Assembly: GCA_963787125.1 (NCBI GenBank)
Contig: CAWBBV010000011.1
Location: 224,001 to 288,000, forward strand
DNA: 64,000 bases
Direction: 5' to 3'
Source: an uncultured delta proteobacterium
GTDB lineage: Bacteria > Desulfobacterota > Desulfuromonadia > Geobacterales > DSM-12255
Shown here: one piece after another, positions 1 through 10,614 of the stretch
How positions within the stretch are numbered: position 1 is the first letter of the stretch
How the letters are laid out: each line of letters begins with the position of its first letter
Notes under the pieces: model-generated
Told to the model about the DNA's origin: nothing
The model's database searches: none
Seen by the model: the letters and a program-made list of their open reading frames with translations, nothing else
Made by a program: the position numbers and the translations under genes

Positions 1-578
1 ATGACATCAACGGCAATCTCGGCATCCTTTACCCGGTAAAAGCCGACCTGTACCTGCTCTCGCAGGCCTTCTATCATCATTACCGAGTATGGCGGCTTTT
101 CTTTGAATCTGACACCTTCAGCGACCCGTTTATCCAGCTCCTTTCTTTTTTGATGCCAGGTCGCAATGTTTTCCAGTTCTGTAAGTTGTCTGTCATAGTT
201 TCGAGTGAGCATTCTAAGGAGGAAGCGTCTGCGAAAAAGTTCGTGCTCCGGAGTTCCAGGAGGTGCGCCTATTGCCAGACCACCCGGACTGTCAATTTTG
301 TCAAAATCAGCCTTGGCAGCTTTGAGAAGTTCTTTCAGTCGTTCCGGTTCATTTTCATTTTTTAAAGGGGCTGCAGCTATTACACTATTTTCTGGGAGTA
401 CAACTCCAGGGAGACCAGGTATGCGTGCTGCATAAAGAGGCGAAGCAGGTAAGAGCGCGGCAAGCAGGGTTATCAGCAAATGGCAGGATATGTTCTGGAC
501 GTTTCTGGTAAAAATTAACTTCGTTAGCCAACTGATCCTGTTTATCAAAGTTATGATTAATATAAACCGACAATACAT
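1..578 (-). CDS. Partial gene running off the left edge: exported/membrane protein, possibly the N-terminal periplasmic region of a large MscS-family channel
   Basis: Hand translation gives an open frame from ATG 578 (purine-rich SD-like GAGGGAG upstream) to base 1. It has a hydrophobic signal-like stretch LLITLLAALLPASPLYA and KPPYSVMMIEGLR. The product call is weak. Confidence 0.45.
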   Translation of the reverse strand, partial: MYCRFILIITLINRISWLTKLIFTRNVQNISCHLLITLLAALLPASPLYAARIPGLPGVVLPENSVIAAAPLKNENEPERLKELLKAAKADFDKIDSPGGLAIGAPPGTPEHELFRRRFLLRMLTRNYDRQLTELENIATWHQKRKELDKRVAEGVRFKEKPPYSVMMIEGLREQVQVGFYRVKDAEIAVDV

Positions 579-782
579 CAAAGGTCTCTCCCTCTCACAC
601 ATTTCTGTCAAGTATTCCACTGGTTTAACTAATTAGCAAGTATCTGAATTCAGCCAAGCATAAAAAACTTTTTAACGCCGTCAATCCTCGACGAAAGCTG
701 TGCCTATAATCGCTCATTGCGCTTAACCTCTGCCTATGGTATATGAATCTATCTGAATTTATTAGAAAAGAGCGTACACAAC

Positions 783-2069
783 ATGAAATTTTCCGAACTC
801 TCCCTGCCGGAAACTCTCCGCAAAGGAATTGAAAGCGCCGGCTTTACCGACTGCACCCCTATCCAGGAGAAGACTCTCCCTATCACTCTGACCGGCAAAG
901 ATATCGCCGGTCAGGCACAAACCGGCACCGGCAAGACCGCTGCCTTTCTCATCACCCTCTTCGCTAGACTGCTCGCCCAGGAGCGCCCTGGCGGCCCTCA
1001 CCATCCGCGAGCCCTGATCCTCGCCCCGACCCGCGAACTGGTTGTGCAAATTGAAAAAGATGCCCAGCAACTCGGCGAGCAGTGTGGCTTTACCATTCAG
1101 GCAATCTACGGCGGCGTCGATTACATGCTCCAGAAGAACGCCCTGCGTGCCGGAGCAGACGTCATAATCGGCACGCCTGGTCGACTTATCGATTACCTGA
1201 AGCAAAAGGTCTATTCCCTCAGCCATATCGAAGTCCTGGTAATTGATGAGGCTGACCGGATGTTCGATATGGGCTTTATTGCTGATCTCCGCTTTATTCT
1301 CCGGCGCCTCCCGGGCTATGACAAACGGCAGAACCTGATGTTTTCCGCCACCCTTAATCAACGGGTAATGGAACTTGCCTACGAGTTCATGAATCTGCCG
1401 GTAAAGGTTGAAGTCTCTCCGGAACAGATGACGGCCGAGAAGGTTGAGCAGTTGATCTATCATGTTGCCCGAAAGGACAAGTTTCCTCTTTTGCTCGGTC
1501 TGCTCAGGAAGATGGGCATTTCGCGGACAATGATCTTTATTAACACCAAGCGCGAGGGGGAGTACCTCCAGGATCGTCTCAACGGTAACGACTTCCACTG
1601 CCGCATTATCTCCGGCGATGTGGAGCAGAAGAAGCGACTGCGGATCCTCGAGGACTTCAAAAGCGGCAAACTGCCGATCATGATAGCAACCGATGTTGCT
1701 TCCCGCGGACTCCATATCGATGGGGTATCGCACGTCATCAACTATGATCTGCCCCAGGATGCCGAAGACTATGTCCACAGAATAGGCAGGACAGCCAGGG
1801 CTGGAGCAGAAGGGATAGCAATTTCTCTGGCGGATGAGGATGGCGCTTTTTACCTTGAAGCAATCCATGAATACATCAAAGAGAAAATTCCTGTCGAGTG
1901 GGCAGAGGATGATCTGTTTGTCAGGGATTACAAAAGAATAAAACCTAACCTGAAAAAGTTGGAAAGCCGACCTCATGGTGGGCTCAAAACAACAGAAACT
2001 GCTACCACAAAACGCCGTCACCCACCTAGCGGCAGAAAACCGGTTAACTCCCCGAAGAAGACTCCCTGA
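783..2069 (+). CDS. rhlB: DEAD-box RNA helicase (RhlB-like)
   Basis: Q motif TPIQ, AQTGTGKT, PTREL, DEAD, SAT, YVHRIGRTAR. Confidence 0.9.
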   Translation: MKFSELSLPETLRKGIESAGFTDCTPIQEKTLPITLTGKDIAGQAQTGTGKTAAFLITLFARLLAQERPGGPHHPRALILAPTRELVVQIEKDAQQLGEQCGFTIQAIYGGVDYMLQKNALRAGADVIIGTPGRLIDYLKQKVYSLSHIEVLVIDEADRMFDMGFIADLRFILRRLPGYDKRQNLMFSATLNQRVMELAYEFMNLPVKVEVSPEQMTAEKVEQLIYHVARKDKFPLLLGLLRKMGISRTMIFINTKREGEYLQDRLNGNDFHCRIISGDVEQKKRLRILEDFKSGKLPIMIATDVASRGLHIDGVSHVINYDLPQDAEDYVHRIGRTARAGAEGIAISLADEDGAFYLEAIHEYIKEKIPVEWAEDDLFVRDYKRIKPNLKKLESRPHGGLKTTETATTKRRHPPSGRKPVNSPKKTP

Positions 2070-2246
2070 CAGAATATTAAGCAGATGCCTTTTTTTTTGC
2101 AAATTACCATGTGTATTCTCTTTTTATTTTAGTCTGCTTATGGTAATTAAGTCAGAGTAAAACTCTGTTTATCTTCAAGCAGTGGGCCGAAGCCATCGGT
2201 GCACTGCTTGGCAGGTGAAATATAAAATTTACTGGAGGTAGTCTGT

Positions 2247-4102
2247 ATGGGGTACGAGGTAACCAATAAGCAACTGCTAAAATGGGTTGAGGAAGTTACG
2301 GCTCTTTGTCAGCCGGCCAGCGTTCACTGGTGCGATGGTTCACAGGCAGAGTATGACAATCTCTGCGATCTTCTGGTGCAGAGCGGCACTTTTAAGAAGC
2401 TTAACGAAACAAAGCGTCCCAACAGTTATCTCGCCTGCTCCGATCCGATTGATGTGGCGCGAGTTGAAGACCGTACCTTCATCTGTTCCCTTTCAAAGCA
2501 TGATGCCGGCCCGACCAATAACTGGATGAATCCGAAAGAGATGAAAGAAAACCTTCACAAACTCTTCAAAGGGTGCATGGAAGGTCGAACCATGTACATC
2601 ATGCCATTCAGCATGGGTCCTTTAGGCTCCAATATCGCCAAGATCGGCGTAGAAATTTCCGATTCCCCTTATGTGGCCGTCAACATGAAAATAATGACTC
2701 GTATGGGCAAACAGGTCATTGATGTTCTTGGCGAAAACGGCGAATTCGTTCCCTGCCTGCATACAGTCGGTGCGCCCCTCAATCCTGGACAAAAAGATGT
2801 CCCCTGGCCGTGCAACAAGGAAAAATATATTGTCCACTTCCCTGAAGAGCGCTCGATTTGGTCGTTCGGCAGCGGTTACGGCGGCAACGCCCTGCTCGGC
2901 AAAAAATGCCTGGCTCTGCGAATCGCTTCCAAGATAGGTTTTGACGAAGGGTGGCTGGCAGAGCATATGCTCATTCTCGGCGTCGAATCACCGACTGGAG
3001 AGAAGACTTATGTCGGCGCTGCATTCCCGAGCGCTTGCGGCAAAACAAACTTCGCCATGCTGATTCCACCCAAACCACTTCAGGACAAAGGGTGGAAGGT
3101 TACCACCATTGGTGATGACATTGCCTGGATCAAACCGGCAGCCGATGGTCAGGTTTATGCCATCAACCCTGAAAACGGTTACTTCGGCGTTGCCCCCGGC
3201 ACCAATTACAAGACCAACCCCAACGCCATGATGTCCTGCGAGAGCCAACTCCATCTTTACCAACGTTGCCCTGACCGAAGATGGCGATGTCTGGTGGGAA
3301 GGGATGACTGACGAAGCTCCTGCCAAACTGACGGATTGGCAGGGACGGCGAATGGACTCCGGGCTGCGGCCGTGTGGCAGCCCACCCCAATTCGCGTTTC
3401 ACCGCTCCGGCCTATCAGTGCCCCTGTATTGATCCTGACTGGGAAAACCCCAAAGGGGTGCCGATCAGTGCCTTCATCTTCGGCGGCCGCCGCAAGGATA
3501 CCGTACCGTTGGTCTACCAGGCCTTCAACTGGAACTTTGGCGTTTATCTGGCCTCCACTCTCGGTTCAGAAACCACAGCTGCTGCTGTCGGCGCTACCGG
3601 CAATGTCCGCCGCGACCCGTTTGCAATGCTCCCCTTCTGCGGCTACCACATGGCTGACTACTTTGCCCACTGGCTGCAGTTCGGCCGCAGTGTGGCCCGT
3701 CCGCCACGTATCTTCAGCGTCAACTGGTTCCTCAAGGATGCAGACGGCAAATTCGCCTGGCCGGGTTACGGCGATAATATGCGGGTCCTCAAGTGGATAG
3801 TCGACCGTGTTCAAGGTCATGCCGGCGCAGTGGAAAGCCCGCTGGGCTGGATGCCACGTTACGAGGATATGGATTGGGACGGGCTGGATATGCCTCGCGA
3901 GAAATTCAACGATCTCATGTCAGTCGACCGCGATGTCTGGCAGAACGAAATCCTTTCCCACGAAGAGCTCTTTGTCAAGATGTATGACCGGCTGCCTAAG
4001 GAGTTCCTCCATATCCGTGAACTGATCCTCTCCAGCCTCTGGCGCTCACCTGAGCACTGGGAACAGATAGGTGATGTTCATCCTGAGGGATGGAACGAGT
4101 AA
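2247..4102 (+). CDS. pckG: GTP-dependent phosphoenolpyruvate carboxykinase, split by a +1 frameshift near 3241-3246
   Basis: [27 protein letters not shown] and IGDDIAW occur before the shift. [27 protein letters not shown] and [13 protein letters not shown] occur after removing one base. Confidence 0.92.
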
Positions 4103-4120
4103 TCTTTTTATCAACAACCA

Positions 4121-4158
4121 AAAGCCCTCCAGCGGAATTCCTCTGGGGGGCTTTTTTT
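4121..4158 (+). terminator. Intrinsic terminator after pckG
   Basis: AGCCCTCCAG...CTGGGGGGCT hairpin followed by a T7 run. Confidence 0.8.
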
Positions 4159-4289
4159 AGGATTTCACCATAAATTAATGCTTGCATATAGTAAAACAAT
4201 TTTCTATATTCACCGACACTAGATTCTTGACTAAAAAAGTTGTTCAACGATCATTTGCAAGTTACCACTGCATGAGGAGGTAATTATTT

Positions 4290-5438
4290 ATGGAAAAAAG
4301 GTCTGACGACGAAAGCTTGACCGGCACAGAACAGCATTTTGATTTATCGAGGCAGTTAACAGAGAGAGGGGTTTCACGGCGAGACTTTATGAAATTCTGT
4401 TCCGCCATGTCGGCGGCACTGGCACTGCCGGCGACCTTTGCGCCGAAGATTGCCCAGGCGCTTGATGAGGTGAAAAGGCCGACGCTAGTCTGGTTGGAAT
4501 TCCAGAGCTGTACCGGTGATACTGAAGCGCTGCTACGGGCATCCAGTCCTACTGTGGCCGAAATTATTCTGGACATCCTTTCGGTTGACTATGCTGAGAC
4601 CATAATGGCTGCGGCAGGACATCTTGCAGAGGAGAACCTTGCCAAGGTTGTCAAAACAGAAAAGGGTAAATACATCGCCATAGTCGAAGGCTCCATCCCG
4701 ATGAAGGATGGCGGAATCTACTGCTGTATCGGCGGCAGAACTGCTGTTGACATTTCGAAAGAGGTCTGCGGCAACGCCTTCGCAACAATTGCGGTCGGGA
4801 CCTGTGCTTCATACGGCGGACTGCCGGCAGCTGCACCGAACCCGACCGGCGCTGTCGGTGTAAAAGAGGCAGTTCCCGGGGCAACGGTGCTCAATCTGCC
4901 CGGTTGCCCGTTGAATCCTGACAACCTGACTGCAACGATTGTCCATTTCCTCCTCTTCAAGAAACTCCCTGCAACAGACAGCTTCGGCAGACCGCTGTTT
5001 GCTTATGGCAAGCGGATTCACGACAACTGTGAGCGCCGGGCTCACTTCGACGCAGGACAATATGTCGAGATATGGGGTGATGAAGCACACAGAAAAGGAC
5101 ACTGCCTTTACAAGATGGGGTGCAAGGGGCCTGAAACCTTCCACAACTGTCCGACCCAGAGATACAATGAGAAAACCAGCTGGCCGGTCGCTTCCGGCCA
5201 TGGTTGTGCCGGTTGCTCGCAGCCGCAGTTCTGGGACACTATGACCCCTCTTTACAGACGTCTGCCAAATGTCCCGGGATTCGGCATTGAATCAACTGCT
5301 GACAAGATCGGCCTCGGTCTTGCTGTCGGCACAGCGTCCCTGTTTGCCGGTCACGGCATTGTAAGCGCTCTTCGCGGCGAAGAAAAAATGGAAGGTAAAA
5401 AGAGGGAGGATCTGACAGATGACAAGAATCGTCGTTGA
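4290..5438 (+). CDS. hyaA: Membrane-bound [NiFe]-hydrogenase small subunit
   Basis: Tat signal SRRDFMK, GTCASYGG, PGCP, HDNCERR, CLYKMGCKGP, GHGCAGC and a C-terminal TM anchor. Confidence 0.93.
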   Translation: MEKRSDDESLTGTEQHFDLSRQLTERGVSRRDFMKFCSAMSAALALPATFAPKIAQALDEVKRPTLVWLEFQSCTGDTEALLRASSPTVAEIILDILSVDYAETIMAAAGHLAEENLAKVVKTEKGKYIAIVEGSIPMKDGGIYCCIGGRTAVDISKEVCGNAFATIAVGTCASYGGLPAAAPNPTGAVGVKEAVPGATVLNLPGCPLNPDNLTATIVHFLLFKKLPATDSFGRPLFAYGKRIHDNCERRAHFDAGQYVEIWGDEAHRKGHCLYKMGCKGPETFHNCPTQRYNEKTSWPVASGHGCAGCSQPQFWDTMTPLYRRLPNVPGFGIESTADKIGLGLAVGTASLFAGHGIVSALRGEEKMEGKKREDLTDDKNRR

Positions 5439-7119
5439 CCCTATTACCAGGATCGAAGGACACTTACGGATAGAAGCTGAAATCAGCGGCGGCAAGATTG
5501 TCGACGCCTGGGCCGGCGGCACAATGTTCCGCGGCATTGAGAAGATCCTCAAGGGACGAGATCCCCGTGATGCCTGGTACTTCACCCAGCGTTTCTGCGG
5601 TGTCTGCACAACTGTTCATTCCATTGCCTCAGTCCGGGCGGTGGAAAATGCCCTCGGCATCAAGATTCCACCCAATGCAGAGCTTATTCGTAACATTATC
5701 ATGGGTATCCAGAACGTGCAGGATCATGTCATCCATTTTTACCATCTCCATGCGCTCGATTGGGTTGACATCACCTCCGCCCTCAAGGCTGACCCGGTAA
5801 AAACTGCCTCCCTGGCCGCTTCCATTTCCGATTGGCCACTCAACTCCGCCACCTATTTCAAGGGAGTTCAGGACAAGCTGAAAGCCTTTGTCGCCAAAGG
5901 CAGGCTCGGACCTTTTGCCAACGGCTACTGGGGACACTCGGCCATGAAGCTGCCGCCGGAAGCCAACCTGATGGCAACTGCACACTATCTTGAAGCACTT
6001 GAGTGGCAAAAGGATATCATCCGTATTCACGCTATTCTCGGCAGCAAAAATCCGCACCCGCAAACCTTCCTTGTCGGCGGTATGGCAATACCGATCGACC
6101 TGGATTCGCAAAATGCCCTTAATGCGGACAAGTTGGCCGAAATTACCAAGCACCTCAAAAAGGCGAAGGATTTCGTCGAAAAAGTCTATATCCCCGACCT
6201 CCTTGCCATCGCTTCTTTCTACAAGGATTGGGCAGCCATCGGCGGCGGAGTCGGCAACTTCCTCTCCTACGGCGAATTCCCGGATCCTGCCAGTGGGAAA
6301 CAGTTCTTCCCGTCGGGAATCATTCTCGGCAAGGATCTCTCAAAAGTTCACCCGGTTGACCAGAAGAAGGTCGCCGAATATGTCGATCACTCCTGGTTCG
6401 AATATTCGGGCGGCCAAGGGAAAGGCGCCCATCCGTGGGAAGGCGAAACCGAAGCTAAATATACGGGGCCTAAGCCACCTTATAAAAATCTTGATACCGA
6501 CCGTAAGTACTCCTGGGTCAAGGCTCCTCGCTACGAGGAGAAGCCTATGGAAGTTGGCCCACTTGCGAAGCTGCTGGTTGCCTTTGCCTCCGGACACAAG
6601 GAGACCAAGGATGCAGTGACGCTGGTACTCAAACATCTTAACGTGGGCGCAGAAGCTCTTTTCTCAACTCTCGGCAGGACAGCCGCCCGGGGAATAGACT
6701 GTTTGATTACGGCCCAGCAGCTGCCAATTTGGCTGCAGCAGCTTGAGGACAATATTGCCAAGGGCGATCTGCGTATCCATGAACAGTCAAAGTGGGATCC
6801 TTCAACCTGGCCGACTGAGGCCGCCGGTTTTGGCTTGCACGAGGCTCCCCGCGGAGGCCTTGGTCACTGGATCAAGATCAAGGACAAACAGATACTTAAC
6901 TACCAGGCTGTCGTTCCCTCGACCTGGAACGCTTCACCACGTGACCATAAAGGCCAGAGGGGACCTTACGAAGAGGCTCTTATCGGTACACCAATTGCTG
7001 ACCCGAACAGACCAGTAGAGATTCTAAGGACGATTCATTCGTTTGACCCTTGCCTTGCCTGTGCGGTTCATGTTCTTGACGCAACCGGCAACGAAATCGT
7101 CAGAGTCCAGGTCAAATAG
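5419..7119 (+). CDS. hyaB: [NiFe]-hydrogenase large subunit (group 1)
   Basis: DPITRIEGH, L1 motif QRFCGVCTTVH, L2 motif SFDPCLACAVH followed by a cleavable C-terminal tail. Confidence 0.95.
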   Translation: MTRIVVDPITRIEGHLRIEAEISGGKIVDAWAGGTMFRGIEKILKGRDPRDAWYFTQRFCGVCTTVHSIASVRAVENALGIKIPPNAELIRNIIMGIQNVQDHVIHFYHLHALDWVDITSALKADPVKTASLAASISDWPLNSATYFKGVQDKLKAFVAKGRLGPFANGYWGHSAMKLPPEANLMATAHYLEALEWQKDIIRIHAILGSKNPHPQTFLVGGMAIPIDLDSQNALNADKLAEITKHLKKAKDFVEKVYIPDLLAIASFYKDWAAIGGGVGNFLSYGEFPDPASGKQFFPSGIILGKDLSKVHPVDQKKVAEYVDHSWFEYSGGQGKGAHPWEGETEAKYTGPKPPYKNLDTDRKYSWVKAPRYEEKPMEVGPLAKLLVAFASGHKETKDAVTLVLKHLNVGAEALFSTLGRTAARGIDCLITAQQLPIWLQQLEDNIAKGDLRIHEQSKWDPSTWPTEAAGFGLHEAPRGGLGHWIKIKDKQILNYQAVVPSTWNASPRDHKGQRGPYEEALIGTPIADPNRPVEILRTIHSFDPCLACAVHVLDATGNEIVRVQVK

Positions 7120-7149
7120 TCTTTTTCGGAGTCTTTTGGAGGTGTGAAA

Positions 7150-7803
7150 ATGTCAAAGCTCTCGATAAAGTATGTCTGGGAAGTTCCGGTACGGGTAACC
7201 CACTGGGTAAATGTCCTGGCCATGTCAACTCTCTGCATAACCGGAATATTCATCGGGCATCCGCTGTCAATCGGCGAATCGGCGTCAGCCTATACAATGG
7301 GGTGGATTCGTTTTGTCCACTTCACCGCAGCCTATGTTTTTTCAATCGGCCTGGCTGTCCGGGCTTACTGGTCGTTTGTCGGCAACAAATACAGCAACTG
7401 GCGGGCTTTCTTCCCCTTCCTTAATAAAGCTGACCGGGAGAAAATGATTGCAACTTTCAAGTATTACCTGTTTCTCGACAGGAAACTCCCCCATGTAGTC
7501 GGCCATAATGCTGTCGCCTCTACGGCCTACTTTCTGGCTTTTCTGCTTTATCTCGGCATGATCGTCAGCGGCTTCACCCTATATTCGGAACACGCTCCGA
7601 ACGGAATGATGCACAAATTACTCGGGTGGATAACCACAATCTTCAGTAACCAGTCGCTTCGGCTGCTTCACCACAGCTTCATGTGGCTGCTGATAGGATT
7701 CATGATAAACCATGTTTACAGCTGCTGGCTGATGGACATTAAAGAACGCGGCGGGATTATCTCCAGCATGTTCAGCGGGTATAAGTCCGTAGAGGAGGAT
7801 TAG
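7150..7803 (+). CDS. hyaC: Ni/Fe-hydrogenase b-type cytochrome subunit
   Basis: VWEVPVRVTHW, heme-ligand His residues in TM helices, GHN motif; GGAGG lies 7 nt before ATG 7150. Confidence 0.9.
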   Translation: MSKLSIKYVWEVPVRVTHWVNVLAMSTLCITGIFIGHPLSIGESASAYTMGWIRFVHFTAAYVFSIGLAVRAYWSFVGNKYSNWRAFFPFLNKADREKMIATFKYYLFLDRKLPHVVGHNAVASTAYFLAFLLYLGMIVSGFTLYSEHAPNGMMHKLLGWITTIFSNQSLRLLHHSFMWLLIGFMINHVYSCWLMDIKERGGIISSMFSGYKSVEED

Positions 7804-7807
7804 CACC

Positions 7808-8293
7808 CTGCGGACACTACTGCTTGGTATCGGTAATATCCTGATGAATGACGATGCAGCCGGAGTTATGGTTGTACAAGCTCTTGCAGAAAAGTTCACC
7901 TTTTCGCAAGACCTTGTTGTTCTGGATGGCGGCACCCTCGGACTTGACATCCTCCCTTTTCTTGAAGGGGTTGACAGACTATTGGTGGTTGATGCAGTTG
8001 AAACAGGCGGAGCGGTCGGCTCGCTTGTCAGGATGACCGGGGACGATATACCACTTGCCCTCGCAACCAAGGTTTCACCACATCAAATGGGACTCAAAGA
8101 CCTTTTACTGGTTGCCGATCTCCAGGGATATGCGCCACCAATCATGGTGCTTTGGGGGGTCCAGCCTGGTTCGATCGAGATGGACATCGAACTGACACCG
8201 GCAGTGGCAGGCGCCGTTGAACTACTCAAAGTGAAGGTACTTGAAGAACTGAAATCCTGGGGGATAACCGCCACTCCCAAATCAAACAGATAA
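7808..8293 (+). CDS. hyaD: Hydrogenase maturation endopeptidase (HyaD/HupD family), probable CTG start
   Basis: The conserved N-terminus RTLLLGIGNILMNDDAAG lies upstream of the first ATG; DGGTLG, VVDAV and SPHQMG motifs are present. Confidence 0.88.
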   Translation: MRTLLLGIGNILMNDDAAGVMVVQALAEKFTFSQDLVVLDGGTLGLDILPFLEGVDRLLVVDAVETGGAVGSLVRMTGDDIPLALATKVSPHQMGLKDLLLVADLQGYAPPIMVLWGVQPGSIEMDIELTPAVAGAVELLKVKVLEELKSWGITATPKSNR

Positions 8294-8357
8294 TTATAGA
8301 ATTTCTTTGACACAAGCAACAGCGATCTGCTAATTTTCAAACAGATTTTAACTTCAG

Positions 8358-8393
8358 GAAGCCCTGCAATAATAGATTTGCAGGGCTTCTTTT
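8358..8393 (+). terminator. Terminator-like hairpin between the hydrogenase operon and trmFO
   Basis: GAAGCCCTGCAA / TTGCAGGGCTTC 12-bp stem followed by TTTT. Confidence 0.65.
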
Positions 8394-8416
8394 GCTGTAA
8401 TCTAGTAGGAGAGTTG

Positions 8417-9733
8417 ATGTCCAAATCAATAACCATCATCGGCGGCGGTCTAGCAGGTTGTGAAGCAGCATGGCAGGCAGCTTCACAAGGAATTAACGTC
8501 ACCCTTTGCGAAATGAAGCCGGAAAAGTTCTCTCCTGCACATGAACTGGAAGGGCTAGCCGAGCTTGTCTGCTCCAACTCTCTCCGCGGCGACTCGCTCG
8601 ACAACGCAGTCGGCCTGCTGAAAGAAGAGCTGCGGCGCACCGGTTCTCTTTTCATGGAGGCTGCAGAAGCGACTCGTGTTCCTGCTGGGGGGGCTCTGGC
8701 GGTTAACCGACTTGAGTTTTCCGCATACATCACGCAGAAAATTTCAGCCCACCCGTTAATTACGATTTCCCGCAAAGAGGTGACCACTATCCCGCCTGAC
8801 GGCATTGTCATTATCGCTTCAGGCCCATTGACAAGCCCGACCCTGGCAGAGGCTATCACTAACCTGGCCGGCGATTATCTCTATTTTTACGATGCTATTG
8901 CACCGATTGTGACCGCTGAATCAATCGATAAGAATATTGTCTACGCGGCGTCCCGTTACGGTAAGGGTGATGGCGATGACTACCTGAACTGCCCTTTCAA
9001 TGAGACTGAGTATCTTGCTTTTATCGAAGCAGTACTTGCCGCTGAAAAGGTAACGCCACGGGAGTTTGAAAAGGTTATTCACTTTGAAGGATGTATGCCG
9101 ATAGAAGAACTCGCATCAAGAGGGGTCGATACACTTCGTTTCGGAGCAATGAAACCGGTAGGCCTTGACGACCCGCGCACCGGACGTGAGCCTTATGCAG
9201 TCGTGCAGCTTCGCAAAGAGAACCTGGCCGGCACGCTGCAGAACCTGGTCGGATTTCAGACTAAAATGACCTGGCCGGAACAGAAGCGAATCTTCAGGAT
9301 GATTCCCGGTCTGCAGAACGCAGAGTTTGCACGCCTGGGATCGATGCACCGCAACACTTTCATAAACTCCCCTGCCCTGCTGCTGTCAACCCTGCAGCTG
9401 AAAAGCGACCCGCGCATCCTGTTCGCCGGGCAGATTACCGGTGTTGAAGGTTATGTGGAATCTGCCGGAAGCGGCTTTATTGCGGGATTGAATGCAGCGT
9501 ATTTTGCCAAAGGTGTCTCTATAAGCCAGCCACCGTCTGAATCTGCACTCGGTGCACTTTTACACCATGTAACAAATGCCGAAGTAAAACATTTTCAGCC
9601 GATGAATGTTAACTACGGGCTTTTCCCCGAAATAGCCGGAAAAATCAAAAAGAAGGAACGCCGGGGAAAGCTCGCAGAGCGCGCTTTGACTTCAATAGAC
9701 AAATGGAAGGAAGAGGTGAAGCATGACAAATAA
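8417..9733 (+). CDS. trmFO: Folate/FAD-dependent tRNA m5U54 methyltransferase
   Basis: [52 protein letters not shown]. Confidence 0.95.
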   Translation: MSKSITIIGGGLAGCEAAWQAASQGINVTLCEMKPEKFSPAHELEGLAELVCSNSLRGDSLDNAVGLLKEELRRTGSLFMEAAEATRVPAGGALAVNRLEFSAYITQKISAHPLITISRKEVTTIPPDGIVIIASGPLTSPTLAEAITNLAGDYLYFYDAIAPIVTAESIDKNIVYAASRYGKGDGDDYLNCPFNETEYLAFIEAVLAAEKVTPREFEKVIHFEGCMPIEELASRGVDTLRFGAMKPVGLDDPRTGREPYAVVQLRKENLAGTLQNLVGFQTKMTWPEQKRIFRMIPGLQNAEFARLGSMHRNTFINSPALLLSTLQLKSDPRILFAGQITGVEGYVESAGSGFIAGLNAAYFAKGVSISQPPSESALGALLHHVTNAEVKHFQPMNVNYGLFPEIAGKIKKKERRGKLAERALTSIDKWKEEVKHDK

Positions 9734-9998
9734 CGAAAATCAGAAAAAATCACTCATTCAGAAGATATTCTCAATGGAGACGATGATCTTCCTCGTCGGA
9801 CTATTTTTACTCGGATCTGGATTCCATCGAGGCGAACCGATGCAGTACTTCTTTGGCGGAATGATCATCAGCGGTTCGATCGCTCTTCATTTTGTCAGGA
9901 AAAAGGACTGGAAGAAGCACTGGGAAGAACAGGAAGCGATGCAACGCCGCTATGAAGCACGCCGCAAAATGGAACAAGAGGATAAAGATGAGCTGTAA
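9723..9998 (+). CDS. Small two-TM hypothetical protein
   Basis: Overlaps both neighbouring genes, GAGG SD, two hydrophobic segments. Confidence 0.7.
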   Translation: MTNNENQKKSLIQKIFSMETMIFLVGLFLLGSGFHRGEPMQYFFGGMIISGSIALHFVRKKDWKKHWEEQEAMQRRYEARRKMEQEDKDEL

Positions 9999-10575
9999 CA
10001 GCGCCATAGTCCTGGCATCAGCATCACCCAGGCGCTCAGAACTGCTTGAGTCTGCCGGAATAGACTTCACAGTTGTCCCTGGAGATATCGATGAAACTCC
10101 TTTCCCGGGAGAAGACCCGACTAACCATGTGCTGCGCCTGGCAGAGGAGAAAGCCCGTGAAGTCGCCTCAAGAGCTGAAGGCCGCTTCTTTGTCGGTGCC
10201 GACACCATCGTACTCAGTGACAATGAGATCATGGGGAAACCGGGCAACAGTGACGATGCAATCAGGATGCTGCGCAAGCTCTCCGGTCGGGCGCATCAGG
10301 TGATAACAGGCTTTGCCGTTTTGGATCGTCACACCGGCAGAATCGAGTCACAGGTCGTCAGCACTGACGTCTCCTTCAAGACCCTTAACGATGCAGAAAT
10401 TTCTACTTACGTCGCTACCGGCTGTCCAATGGACAAGGCAGGAGCTTATGCAATTCAAGGTGGCGCGGCCTACATGGTAGAACGCATCGACGGTTCATAC
10501 ACCAATGTTGTCGGACTGCCTCTGTGTGAAGTGGTCGCCACACTCAGGCGGATGGAGGCATTAAATAAAAGTTAA
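9988..10575 (+). CDS. maf: Maf family nucleoside triphosphate pyrophosphatase
   Basis: LASASPRR, GADTIV, GKP, DKAGAYAIQG, NVVGLP. Confidence 0.93.
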   Translation: MSCNSAIVLASASPRRSELLESAGIDFTVVPGDIDETPFPGEDPTNHVLRLAEEKAREVASRAEGRFFVGADTIVLSDNEIMGKPGNSDDAIRMLRKLSGRAHQVITGFAVLDRHTGRIESQVVSTDVSFKTLNDAEISTYVATGCPMDKAGAYAIQGGAAYMVERIDGSYTNVVGLPLCEVVATLRRMEALNKS

Positions 10576-10614
10576 AAGTGTATTTTAATACTCGGCCATG
10601 ATATAAAATAACTT

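Noticed and set aside
762..2102. 446-aa ORF antisense to the helicase
   Set aside because: It is a shadow of a highly conserved gene, has no recognisable motifs, and is explained by codon bias.
3230..3320. Programmed ribosomal frameshift in pckG (likewise ispE and prs)
   Set aside because: There is no slippery heptamer or stimulatory structure; three independent +1 events point to sequencing error.
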